This document shows positions 50,170 to 62,883 of a DNA stretch of 64,000 bases, piece after piece. Source of the stretch: Heterodontus francisci (lineage: Eukaryota); contig NW_027140807.1 in the NCBI RefSeq assembly GCF_036365525.1, positions 1,364,001 through 1,428,000 on the forward strand, written 5' to 3'. The notes under the pieces are model-generated. The model saw only the letters and a list, made by a program, of their open reading frames with translations. It had not been told where the DNA came from and ran no database searches. Both the position numbers and the translations under genes were made by a program. How positions within the stretch are numbered: the first letter of the stretch is position 1; each line of letters begins with the position of its first letter.

Positions 50170-53100
50170 AGATGTTGATTCTCAAATAGTCAGGTGGGAC
50201 TCCTGGCAAACGTTTTCTGCAACACTGGCCCGAGGGATGTAGGTGGAACAATATTTGGGTCATACTGGGCTGCTGATCTATTCTACAGCTTGGTCTGTGC
50301 TCATTTTGGATATACCGTTTTGGATACTGTTGGGGGGGGGACGACTTACCAGGGGTAAGCAATGGGGTACAGGTCTCTGGTGCAGAGTCTGTCCCTGTTG
50401 CTCAGAAGGGAAGGGGGAAGAGGAGCAGAGCATTAGACATTAGGGACTCCATAGTTAGGGGAACAGAGAGGAGGTTCTGTGGGAACGAGAGAGACTCACG
50501 GTTGATGTGTTGCCTCCCAGGTGCCAGGGTTTGTGATGTCTCGGATAGTGTTTTTGGGATCCTTAAGGGGTAGGGGGAGCAGCCCCAAGTCGTGGTCCAC
50601 ATAGGCACCAACGACATAGGTAGGAAGAGAGATGTGGATTTAAGGCAGAAATTCAGGGAGCTAGGGTGGAAGCTTAGAGCGAGAACAAACAGAGTTGTTA
50701 TCTCTGGGTTCTTGCCCGTGCCACGTGCTAGCGAAGCGAGGAATAGGGAGAGAGAGGAGTTGAACACGTGGCTGCAGGGATGGTGTAGGAGGGAGGGTTT
50801 TGGTTTCCTGGATAATTGGGGCTCTTTCTGGGGTAGGTGGGACCTCTACAAACAGGATGGTCTTCACCTGAACCAGAGGGGTACCAATATCCTGGGGGGG
50901 GAGATTTGCTAGTGATCTTCGGGGGGGTTTAAACTTATTCAGCAGGGGGATGGGAACCTAAATTGTAGTTCCAGTGTACAGGCTGTTGAAAGTAGTGAGG
51001 TAGGGGATAAGGTTACAGGGACGCAAGAGGGCACTGGCAAGCAAGAACTTGGTTTAAAGTGTGTCTACTTCAACGCCAGCAGCATCCGGAATAAGGTGGG
51101 TGAGCTTGCAGCATGGGTTGGTACCTGGGATCTCGATGTTGTGGCCATTTCGGAGACATGGGTAGAGCAGGGACAGGAATGGATGCTGCAGGTTCCGGGA
51201 TTTAGATCTTTCAGTAAGAACAGAGAAGATGGTAAAAGAGGGGGGTGGGGGTGGGGTGTGGCATTGTTAATCAAGGAGAGTATTACGGCGGCAGAAAGGA
51301 CGTTTGAGGACTCGTCCACTGAGGTAGTATGGGCCGAGGTTAGAAACAGGAGAGGAGAGGTCACCGTGTTGGGAGTTTTCTATGGACCTGTGGGGCGCCA
51401 CAGTGGCACAGTGGTTAGCACTGCAGCCTCACAGCTCCAGGGACCCGGGTTTGATTCTGGGTACTGCCGATGTGCAGTTTGCAAGTTCTCCCTGTGTCTG
51501 CGTGGGTTTTCTCCGGGTGCTGCGGTTTCCTCCCACAAGCCAAAAGACTTGCAGGTTGGTAGGTAAATTGGCCATTATAAATTGTCACTAGTATAGGTAG
51601 GTGGTAGGGAAATATAGGGACAGGTGGGGATGTTTGGTAGGAATATGGGATTAGTGTAGGATTGGTATAAATGGGTGGTTGATGGTCGGCACAGATTAGG
51701 TGGGCCGAAGGGCCTGTTTCAGTGCTGTATGTCTAATCTAATCTAATCTAGACCTCCGAATAGTTCCAGAGATGTAGAGGAGAGGATAGCAAAGATGATT
51801 CTCGACAGCAGCGAGAGTAACAGGATAGTTGTTATGGGGGACTTAAACTTTCCAAATATTGACTGGAAATACCATAGTTTGAGTACTTTAGATGGGTCAG
51901 TTTTTGTCCAGTGTGTGCAGGAGGGTTTTCTGACACAGTATGTAGACAGGCCAACCAGGGGCGATGCCACATTGGATTTGGTACTGGGTAATGAACCCGG
52001 CCAGGTGTTAGATTTAGATGTAGGTGAGCACTTTGGTGATAGTGATCACAATTCGGTTAGGTTTACCTTAGCAATGGGCAGGGACAGGCATATACAGCAG
52101 GGCAAGAATTATAGCTGGGGGAAAGGAAATTATGATGCGATTAGGCAAGATTTAGGATGCGTAGGATGGGGAAGGAAACTGCAGGGGATGGGCACAATCG
52201 AAATGTGGAGCTTATTCAAGGAGCAGCTACTGCGTGTCCTTGATAAGTATGTACCTGTCAGGCAGGGAGGAAGTTGTCGAGCGAGGGAGCCGTGGTTTAC
52301 TAAAGAAGTTGAAGCGCTTGTCAAGAGGAAGAAGAAGGCTTATGTTAGGATGAGACGTGAAGGCTCAGTTTGGGCGCTTGAGAGTTACAAGCTAGCCAGG
52401 AAGGATCGAAAGGGAGAGCTTGGAAGAGCGAGGAGAGGTCACGAGAAGTCATTGGCGGATAGGATCAAGGAAAACCCTAAGGCTTTCTATAGGTATATCA
52501 GGAATAAAAGAATGACTAGAGTTAGATTAGGGCCAATCAAGAATAGTAGTGGGAAGTTGTGTGTGGAATCAGAGGAGATAGGGGTTGCGTTAAATGAATA
52601 TTTAGCATCAGTATTTACAGTAGAGAAAGAAAATGTTGTCGAGGAGAATACTGAGATACAGACTACTAGGCTAGATGGGATTGAGGTTCACAAGGAGGAG
52701 GTGTTAGCAATTTTGGAAAGTGTGAAAATAGATAAGTCCCCTGGGCCAGATGAGATTTATCCTAGAATTCTCTGGGAAGCCAGGGAGGAGATTGCAGAGC
52801 CTTTGTCCTTGATCTTTATGTCGTCATTGTTGACAGGAAAAGTGCCGGAAGACTGGAGGATAGCAAATGTTGTCCCCTTGTTCAGGAAGGGGAGTAGAGA
52901 CAGCCCTGGTAATTATAGACCTGTGAGCCTTACTTCGGTTGTGGGTAAAATGTTGGAAAAGGTTATAAGAGATAGGATTTATAATCATCTTGAAAAGAAT
53001 AAGTTCATCAGCGATAGTCAGCACGGTTTTGTGAAGGGTAGGTCGTGCCTCACAAACCTTATTGAGTTTTTTGAGATGGTGACCAAACAGGTGGATGAGG

Positions 53101-54265
53101 GTAAAGCCGTGGATGTGGTGTATATGGATTTCAGTAAGGCGTTTGGTAAGGTTCCCCACGGTAGGCTATTGCAGAAAATACGGAAGTATGGGATTGAAGG
53201 TGATTTAGTGATTTGGATCAGAAATTGGCTCGCTGAAAGAAGACAGAGGGTGGTGGTTGATGGTAAATGTTCATCCTGGAGTTTAGTTACTAGTGGTGTA
53301 CCGCAAGGATCTGTTTGGGGGCCACTGCTGTTTGTCATTTTTATAAATGACCTGGATGAGGGTGTAGAAGGGTGGGTTAGTAAATTTGTGGATGACACAA
53401 ATGTCGGTGGAGTTGTGGATATTGCCGAAGGATGTTGTTGGTTACAGATGGACATAGATAGGCTGCAGAGCTGGGCTGAGAGATGGAAAATGGAGTTAAA
53501 TGCGGAAAAGTGTGAGGTGATTCACTTTGGAAGGAGTAACAGGAATGCAGAGTACTGGGCTAATGGGAAGATTCTTGGTAGTGTCGATGAGCAGAGAGAT
53601 CTTGGTGTCCAGGTACATAAATCCCTGAAAGTTGCCACCCAGGTTAATAGGGCTGTTAAGAAGGCATACGGTGTGTTAGTTTTTATTAGTAGGGGGATCG
53701 AGTTTCGGAGCCACGAGGTCATGCTGCAGCTGTACAAAACTCTGGTGCGGCCGCACCTGGAGTATTGCGTGCAGTTCTGGTCACCGTATTATAGGAAGGA
53801 TGTGGAAGCTTTGGAAAGGGTACAGAGGAGATTTACTAGGTTGTTGCCTGGTGTGGAGGGAAGGTCTTATGAGGAAAGGCTGAGGGACTTGAGGTTGTTT
53901 TCGTTGGAGAGAAGGAGGAGGAAAGGTGACTTAATAGAGACATATAAGATAATCAGAGGATTAGATAGGTTGGATAGTGAGAGTCTTTTTCCTCAGATGG
54001 TGATGGCAAACACGAGGGAACATAGCTTTAAGTTGAGGGGTGATAGATATAGGACAGATGTCAGAGGTAGTTTCTTTACTCAGAGAGTAGTAGGGGCGTG
54101 GAACGCCCTGCCTGCAACAGTAGTAGACTCGCCAACTTTAAGGGCATTTAAGTGGTCATTGGATAGACATATGGATGAAAATGGTATAGTTTAGGTCAGA
54201 TCGTTTCACAGGTCGCCGCAACATCGAGGGCCGAAGCGCCTGGACTGCGCTGTAATGTTCTAAGG
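50170..54265 (+). mobile_element. Near full-length CR1-type LINE (ORF1 SGNH esterase, ORF2 endonuclease+RT)
   Basis: GDS...GTND...DGLHLN in ORF1; NASS/ISETW/GDLN/SDH endonuclease; 799-aa open RT segment 51795-54194. Confidence 0.95.
51391..51748 (+). mobile_element. tRNA-derived SINE (HE1-like) inserted in LINE ORF2
   Basis: A/B box-like head (TGGCACAGTGG...GGTTTGATTC), (CTAAT)n tail, flanking gacct duplication. Confidence 0.88.
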
Positions 54266-54307
54266 TCTGTGTTCTATTACTGGGTCCATAACCATCAGGG
54301 AGGCTCA

Positions 54308-54530
54308 AATCCACTGCTGCCAACTGCTGGTGGAAAATGAGCACTGAGATTCAATCTACTGCTGCCCCCTGCCGGTGGAAGATGAGCACAGCGATTCAAT
54401 CTACTGTTGCCCCCTGTCGGGGGAAAATGAGGACAGACATTCAATCTACTGCTGCCCCTGCTGGTGGAAGATGAACACTGACATTCAATCTACTGCTGCC
54501 CCCTGCCGGTGGATGATGAGCACTGAACTC
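54308..54530 (-). repeat. 45-bp tandem array (5 copies) of CTCF-type motif adjacent to V RSS
   Basis: unit on - strand ..CAGTGCTCATCTTCCACCGGCAGGGGGCAGCAGTAGATTGA; same family as 35461-35846. Confidence 0.88.
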
Positions 54531-54585
54531 CCGTTCATCCGCTGCAGGTTCTTGCAGCTGCGAATCCGCTTTCTCAAACACTGTG

Positions 54586-55418
54586 CGATACTGCAAGCAC
54601 AGAAATAGACAGCGGTGTGAGATGGAGCAGCGTTTCTCAGTGCCAAAGTAAACAGTGCATTGCTGGATCTGACTGCATTAAATGACTCAGACGTGTAATT
54701 TGTAACAGACCCTTCTGTCGCAGAATAGAACAGAGATTCCAGTGCCCTGTCTGGTTGTTGTCTGTACCAGTACATTAATGTACAGCCAGGATTGGTCAGC
54801 GTGCATCTGAGTGTTGTTGAATCTCCTGCTGCAATCGATAGGATAGAGGGCGACTGTTCCACATAGGAGGCGAGTATTCCTGTGGGATGGAACATCGATT
54901 AAATTATTATTTCAGTCAATAATGGATTGGAGCAGGAGCTGCATTGCAAGAAAGAAAGGGCTGACATTAATATAGCGCCGTTCAGGACCTCAAGACATCA
55001 GAAAGGCTTTGCAACCAATGTAGTTACTCCCTCAGTACTGCCTCTGCGACAGTGCAGCACTCCCTCAGTACTGCCTCTGCGATAGTGCAGCACTCCCTCA
55101 GTACTGCCTCTGCGACAGTGCAGCACTCCCTCAATACTGCCTCTGCGATAGTGCAGCACTCCCTCAGTACTGCCTCTGCGATAGTGCAGCACTCCCTCAG
55201 TCCTGCCTCTGCGACAGTGCAGCACTCCCTCAGCCCTGACACCTGGGGTGTTACTTTTGACTTTGAGCTCAAGTGTTGTGGAGTGAGACTCAGACACAGG
55301 AGTGTTCCAGACAGAATCACCGCTGACATTACAATACATTATTCTACACAGTTTCTGACTTTCACTTACGTGGAAAGAATGCAGCCATCAAGATTAAACA
55401 GAGAACTTCATGCAACAT
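54586..55418 (-). CDS. TRBV: TCR beta V, family 2, apparently functional (leader 55370-55418 MLHEVLCLILMAAFFP; V exon 54586-54879)
   Basis: VEQSP, C, WYRQ, YFCACS; 23-RSS cacagtg 54585-54579, gcaagaacc 54555-54547. Confidence 0.92.
55025..55235 (+). repeat. 33-bp tandem repeat (cactccctcagtactgcctctgcgacagtgcag)x6 within a SINE remnant in the V intron
   Basis: directly visible; resembles a common shark SINE-core tandem. Confidence 0.85.
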
Positions 55419-56661
55419 GATTTCTTCATTCGATACTAACTCGATGTGTGAACGTGTGGAGTTTTCAACAACACACTTGCAGGCGTTTTCTATATCGTAT
55501 CCAATTAAATACCCAGCATCCAGTTGTCATTGTTATTGGCAGTCACTTACTGCGACACTCTGCTCCACCCCATTACTTTGCATAACAATGTTGTGGAATG
55601 ATACAACACAGGAGGATAGGGGGAGATTGAATAGAGGTGTTCACATTTCAGAAAGGGCTTTGATAGAGTAGAATTCAGGGAAACAAGCCTCTATACCCAG
55701 AGAGTGTGCCCATCCCTTATTGACCCTGAGAAGGTGATGGTGAACCATCTTTGGGAGTACCTGCTGGGCCATATCAGAGGGCAGTTAATAGTCAACCTCA
55801 TTGCTGTGGGTCTGCAGTCACTTATAGGCCAGACCGGGTTAGAACGGCAGATTTCCTTCCTTGAAGGACATCAATGAATCCGTTGGGTTTTTACGACACT
55901 CCATGTACAGGATTACTCATACTTTCCATGACAGATTTCTATTTATTTATTTAATTGAATTTAAATTCCATTTCTGCCCCTGGTGAAAATTGAACTCATG
56001 TCCGGGGATCATTAGTACAGGCCTCTGGATTACTAGTCCAGTAAAATAACCACTCTGCTACCGTACCTCTTTGCTGAATGGGAGTTAAAGGGTTAAATTG
56101 TTCACTGGTCTGAACTGCTGGTTTCTTTGAAGAACACATCAAATGCGACTCGAGTCTGAGATGAAAGTTGGTAAACAGGTTTCAGCAGCTTCTGATCTCG
56201 CCGTCAGGAGGCAGATGTCCCAGTCCCGGAGATGAAGGTATCTGGAGAGGGGTCTCACTTTTGAACAGTGTGAAACAGCGCTCAGATGGTTAAGAGTTCC
56301 GAGCTGAGTTAGTTCCTATACATTGTGGGGTTGTTTGCCTACGTGTAGTGAGGGCTAGAGAGAGGGAGAGGTTTGGAGGGAGAGGGATGGAGAGAGGGAG
56401 AGAGAGGAAGAGAGAGGGATGGAGAGAGAGGGATGGAGAGAGGGAGAGAGAGGGATGGAGAGAGGGAGCGACAGGACGTTACTGATCATTCATGATCTCA
56501 TTGAAGGGCGGAGTGTTTTCGAGGTGATGAATGAACTCCTTGTGTTCCCAGGTCGCTGTTAAAGTGTGTTCCAGACTCTGATGTTTATCATGGTCCTGCA
56601 GCGCACTCTGCTGTCCCTTTGGAGAAAGAAAACACCGTGACATCCAACGACAACGGATGTA

Positions 56662-56692
<31 letters not shown>

Positions 56693-57072
56693 CTCTATCT
56701 ATCTATCTGTGTTTATCTGATCTTCATTTCACATATTAAAATCTGTAATAATCTCTCTAAGACCGTTGAATGCTTACCCTTCAGTTTCTCCTTTCTGGAG
56801 CAAAGATCCCCCGATGTTCAAACTATCTTGATAACTTTAACCTCTGTGTTCTGATATCATTTCTGCAAAGTCTATTCCACAATTCCCCTGTGCTTCTATA
56901 TCTAACCTGTCACTTTCTATTTAAATCCGCACTGTCTTCTTGTGAGAAACATGTTCCCAATGATAAAAAAAAAACCAACAGGAAGCAGCACCGACTGGTT
57001 TTATCTGACACAGGTGTTTCCTGCTGCCTTTGGGGTTTTTGTTGAACTTCTCCATCTCTCTGAGTCACTGTG

Positions 57073-57528
57073 AAGACTCCAGGCACAGAAATACATGGCT
57101 GAGTGATTCTCCCGCAGGTTGGAGGACTCCAGTTTGAACTCGTACTTATTCAGTTTCTTGGCGGTAAAACCGTCCACCGTCCCCTCTGGATCCACATAGT
57201 TAGCAGTATTGGAGTAAAACATCAACAGCGGCTCCTTCCCTGGCTCTTGTCTGTACCAGTACATGTAGATGTTACTGCTGCTCCCCTCCACTGTGCACCT
57301 CAGTTCCACTCCTTTCCCGGGAAATCTGGAGACAGCAGCGGGAGTCTGGAGGATAGTCTGTGAGTTCACATCTGGGAGAGAGATGGAGAGAGGAGGAGAT
57401 CAGTAAACAGGGAACTTCTGGGAATGAAAGGGAGACAGGGAGAAGAGGGGACAGTTATTACCGATAGTTTTTGCATTTCACATTCACTTACAATGAAACA
57501 AGATTATCAGACACAGTAACAGATACAT
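57073..57528 (-). CDS. TRBV: TCR beta V, family 1, apparently functional (leader 57492-57528; V exon 57073-57371)
   Basis: open frame, WYRQ, YFCAWSL; 23-RSS 57034-57072 with consensus heptamer and nonamer. Confidence 0.94.
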
Positions 57529-57715
57529 CTTTCACTTCAACTTGTTCTCTTAATAGACACAGGAGTGAGATCAGGAGCTTAGACTCTTGTGAGGGTCCAA
57601 ATCCACTCTTTACAAATCATTGGGAGGAACATGAAGAGCATTAGGAAGTGATACAATGTTGGAGACGCCCATTCACCCAGTTCAACAAATCAGAATTGAA
57701 TTGGCTGCCAATTTG

Positions 57716-57771
<56 letters not shown>

Positions 57772-58679
57772 TATCTCAGTTTACCTTCCGCTCTCTTGCA
57801 CTCTCTCTCTGTCTCTCTCTCTCTCTCTCCTCATGTGTCTAGGTTTATGTCTCCCACTCTCTTCCTTTCTCAGACTCTCTCTCCCTCTCTATCTCAGTCT
57901 ATCTTGGCTCACTTTCTCTCTCTGACTCTCTCTCTCCTCATGTATCTAAGGTTATGTCTCCCATTCTCTCCTTCTCTCTGACTCTCCCTCTCTCTTAATC
58001 TTGTTATCTCTTCAGTTATTTCCCTGTCTCTGTCTCTCTCTAGATCTATCTCCCTATCTGTCACAAGCTCTTTATCTCAGTGTCTCTCTCTCTCCCTCAT
58101 TATGTGTCTCTTGCTGTCTCACTGTCTTTGCCTCGATCGCTGTATCTCTCTCTGTCTCAGTCTCTTTAACTCTGCCTGTCGTTTTTCCTCTCTCTCACTA
58201 GATCTCGCTCTCTCTTTCACACACATACACACTCTTTCTCTCTCTAAAGTAGTGGGTTTCCTTGTCCTGTTGATGTATATCAAGCTGGATCTACATGATC
58301 TCCTGCTCTCTTAGTTTTCTCACTAAATCGTTCTGAAAGCCATTGTCCGGTCCATGGTCCTGGATCCCCCTCTGCTGTGCCTGTGGAGAAGGTAAACACA
58401 GTGTTAATGTTTCAATACCCAGATTATTGTCATTGATTCCTGATAATTTCATTCTGAAATCTCGTGACATCCTTATTAATCCTTCATTGCACCCTCGGCA
58501 GTACCTGTAAATCTAGTGTGTCACTACAATCATAACACAACTCTTTTTATTGTAATAAACACTGTCACTCTGCATAAGGGAACAGTAGGTCGAGGTACCG
58601 AGCAATTTTCTCTGAAACAGATGTTTCCTGCTGCCTTTGGTGTTTTTGTTGAACTGCTCCATCTCTCTGAATCACTGTG

Positions 58680-58766
58680 AAGACTCCAGGCACAGAAATA
58701 CACGGCCGAGTGATTCTCCCGCAGGCTGGAGGTCTCCAGTTTGAAGTCGTATTTATTTAGTCTTTG
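58680..58766 (-). pseudogene. TRBV: Family-1 V 3' remnant truncated by CR1 LINE
   Basis: RLNKYDFKLETSSLRENHSAVYFCAWSL plus 23-RSS 58641-58679; LINE begins ~58767. Confidence 0.88.
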
Positions 58767-61700
58767 GGAGTAGATAGAGAGAAACTATTACCGCTGGTTT
58801 GGGAATCTAGGACTAAGAGGCCAAGACTAAAAATTAGAGCCAGACTTTTCAGGAGTGAAATTAGGAAACACTTTTACACACAATGGGTGGAGAGGTTTGA
58901 ACTCTCTTCTGCTCACGGAAATTGATGCTGAATCAATTGTTAATTTGAAATCGGAGATGGATAGGTTTTTGTGATCCAAAATAAATATTAAGGGATATGG
59001 GGCAAAGGTGGGAACATGGAGTTAGATCACAGATCAGCCATGGTCTCATTGAATGGTGGTACAGAATTGAGGGCCTGAATGGCCCCTTCCTGTTCCTGCC
59101 TTTGTCTTAGCAGTTTCTGCTGGCATTGAATTCTGTATTTTGGGTAAAGAATTCTCCTCAACTCCCTATCGGATTTCAGTTTTTCTCAGCTTTTATTCTC
59201 TGTTTTGTTCCTATCCTCTTCGTCCCCTAGTCTTTGTACAATCAGCTAATGGGAACAGTTTTTCTTTGTCTACTTTATCTAAACCTCTCTTCATTTTGTA
59301 CACTTCTGTGAAATCTCCCCTCAATTTCCTTTGCTCCAAGGAGAACAACCCCAGCTTCACCAAACTAACCATGTAGCTAAAATCTCTCATCCCTGGAACC
59401 ATCCCGGTAAATCTCCTCTGCACCCTCTCAAGGACCCTACATCCTTCCGAAAGTGTGGTGACCAGAACCGGGCTCAGTACTCAAGTTGGGGCCTAACCAG
59501 AACCTCATATATGTTGAGCATAACCACCCTGCTTTTGTACTTTATACCTCTGTTCATGAATCCCAAGATCCCATAAGCTTCGTGAACCTCTCTCTCAATA
59601 TGTCCTGCCACCTTCAAAGATCTATGCACATTAACCCCCAGGTCCCTCTGCCCTTGAACACTCTTCAGGCCTGTGTCATTAAGTCTGTATTTCCTCTCTG
59701 TCTCCCTGCTGCCAAAATGCATCACCTGATAGCAATGTAGTTCACTGTTAACTGCCTCTGAAATGGGCGAGCAAGTCATTCAGTTAAGGGCAATTCGGCA
59801 TAGATAATGAATACTGACATTGTCAGTGATGTGCACATCCCTGAATGTGTTTCTTTATATGAAATTCCTCCTTCTCCATTTTTCTTTCACTGTTTTCTAA
59901 CTTTGCTTCCCCTCTTTACTTCCTTCAGATCATTTGTTTTAGTATATCACAAGTGTTTGCTCAAACCAGTCACTATGAACGAGCAGACTTGGGGAAATCC
60001 AGTTGTCTATTTTGGGTGGAATGGTTATGATTTTAATCTGTTTCAGAGTTAGTGGAATTGACTATTTGGTAGATTGGTCAAGTCACTGCTGCTTTGCTCG
60101 CTCAGTCTTTTCAGAAGCAAGTGGGACTCAGACTGCGGTGGAGCTCCATCCCCATCTCGTGGCTGTAATGTGTAACTACAGGCACCTGAGATTTGCACAG
60201 TGCAATTGATAAAATAGGCATTATGAAGACATGCTTTGTAATTGCTCCGTCTTCCCATTTTTTATCCATTGCTTCGGCTGCTGACGCTGGTGACATCGAA
60301 TTAGGCCGGGGTGAATCTCTACGGGACATGCGTTAGAATCTTACCAGGTCAGATGGTGGAATTTAAATTCAATTAATGAATAAATACAATCATTTCATCA
60401 GAAAATCTGCAATTGAAAGCTTGTCTCTGTTAAGGGGCCCTGACACCCAGCTGGCTCACTCATTTCTTTTAGGGAAGGAAATCCACCGTCCTTACCTGGT
60501 CTGGCCTACATGTGACTTGAGACCCACAGAACACAAGAAATTGGAGCGGGTGAAGACAATATATCCCATCGAGCCTGCTCCGTCATTCAATACAATCATG
60601 GCTGATCTTGGGCTTCAATTCCACTTTCCTGCCTGCTCCCCATATCCCTTCATTTCCTGAGGGATCAAAAATTCCAGCCTTAAATGTATTCAGTGAAGGA
60701 GCATCCACAACACTCTGGGGTAGAGAAATCCAAAGTTTCACAAACCTTTGAGTGAAGTCATTTCTCCTCATCTCAGTCCGGAATGACTGATCCCTTATCC
60801 TGAGATTTCTCACTGCCTCTTTTCTTGAAAAGCCGTGGAACATTTGTTAACTTTCATTCCGATGGGACCATTCCTGAATCTAAGGAATTCTGGCAAATCA
60901 TAACCAGCGCCCACACTCTCTCTGCAGCTATCTCTTTTAGAACTCTGGTATATAATCCATCTGTTCCAGGGGACTTGTCAGATTTTAATCCCTCAGGTTT
61001 CTCCAAAAGTTTTTCTCAATTGATATGAATATCCTTAATTTCCTCACTCTTTTTAAGCCCCAGATAACTGCCTATTTCTGGGATGGAACTTGTGTCTTCA
61101 ACTGTGAAGACAAGCACAAAATATTAGTTCAATTCCCCTGCTATTTCCCCATTCCTCATGATGATTTCACCTGCCTTTACCTCGAAGGAACCAACGTCAG
61201 CTTCAGCTACTCTCTTGCTTTTTATGTAAAAGCTCCGACCATCTGTTTTTATATTGCTGGTTAGCTTATTCTCACATTTTATTCCCACATCCGATGAAAG
61301 AACATGAACAATGTCTTCAACCAGCCCTATCAGTATGACGTGCTATTTCCTGCTCCCTAATGTTTTTATCCAGCATCCATTTATATATATCTGGTTATAC
61401 ACATCATTTTTCTGTGTGCTAGCGAATTCCACATTCTTACCACTCTGTGTAAATTCATTTCTTGGAGTTATTAGTGAGTATGATGTATTCATTACCTTCC
61501 TCACAAATACAGACATCTTCTCTGCCCTGTCATATTCTTTCATAATCTTGAGCACCTCTATCAGGTCACCCCTCAGCCTTCTCTTGACTGGGGAAAAGAA
61601 TCCCAGACTTTTCAATCTTTCCTCATAGTTATAACCTTTTGTGCTCCGGTATCATTCTTGTAAATCGTTTTTGTACTTCTGCTCGTATCTCTCTGTGTAA

Positions 61701-62149
61701 TATGGAGACCAGCACTCTGCACAGCACTGCAGATTTGGTCCAATCAAGGTCGATGGAAACCAGAACTGTACACAGGGCTCCAAATGCGCACTAGGTAAGG
61801 TATTTGGATGTAAGAACTGTCCCCAGCACTTCAGATGTCGTCTACACAGGCATATGGAACTGAGAATTGTGCACAGTGCTCCAGGTGTGGTCTGACAGAG
61901 GTACGTGTTGAAGAGCCGTTCTATGAACCATTATTCAGGTGTGGGCACAGACAGTGTGTGTTGCCTGTCTGGAGGTTGTGGGGAGTTAGAACATGGGCGT
62001 TCTGCCACTCGAACGGGCACTGAACAGATGCAGATCCGCATCCGATCAGCCAGGGCTGCTCTTCACGGAATGCTGGGTTAAATGCACCCGTTTGAAGGGA
62101 GACGTGTGAGGGTTTTTGTCAAGGCGGCCAATGACTCTGAACCGCTGTG

Positions 62150-62883
62150 TCCCATCACCAGCTGCACAGAAATACACCGCCTCGTCCGTGGCGTTCACAC
62201 TCTCGATCGTCAGAGTGGATTTCTTATTGTTCAGAGTCCTGGTAATAACAAACCCGCTCTTAAATCCATCTTCATACTGAGGTTCACCTGCTGTATAGGT
62301 AAACCCGATTAACAGGAATCCTCCGCCGGGGGACTGACGATACCAGTACATGTAGTTGCGAACTGTTCCTTTCTGCAGACAGTTAATTTCCACGGGTCCT
62401 GGTTGTTTAACAGCCAGTGACTGAGGCCATTGATGTATCACATCACCCCGGCAAACACCTAGAAAGAGAAATTAGAGTGAATGAACTAGTATCGATGGAG
62501 TTACAATTGAGACGATGGACGTCGGTGTTGCACCAAATTAACGACGGAAATTCGGTCTGTGTCCTAATTTCCTGCAAGCACCTGGATCTTTACAACTGTA
62601 AAATAGAATCGTGGAATCCACAAGTTTGCAAGTGGGTGCAAACATTAAAGAGTTAACATCATATTAATAACACTTGTCTTCCCGAACTAGGGGACAGATG
62701 AATGAGTTCACTGTCTGATATGAAATAATCGATTACTGATTTCACAAGTCACCGCCGCTCAGTTTTATAGAGATTATTAATCATCCCTTTCAGTTAAACA
62801 AATGTAGAAGATTGATTGGGACAGAATTTTAACCTACTCAGCGCCAGAAGGGAAATAGCAAAGACGATGAAACTGAAAGACAT
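62150..62883 (-). CDS. TRBV: TCR beta V, family 3, apparently functional (leader 62838-62883 MSFSFIVFAISLLAL; V exon 62150-62458)
   Basis: IHQWP, C, WYRQ, YFCAAG; 23-RSS cacagcg 62149-62143, acaaaaacc 62119-62111. Confidence 0.92.

Noticed and set aside
55025-55235. Repeated gacagtg as tandem RSS heptamers
   Set aside because: No CAC and no nonamer; SINE-derived tandem.
56598-56620. GGGACAG-CAGAGTG as a dispersed D-beta segment
   Set aside because: The heptamer lacks CAC, with no 5' RSS and no nonamer at 12 or 23 bp.
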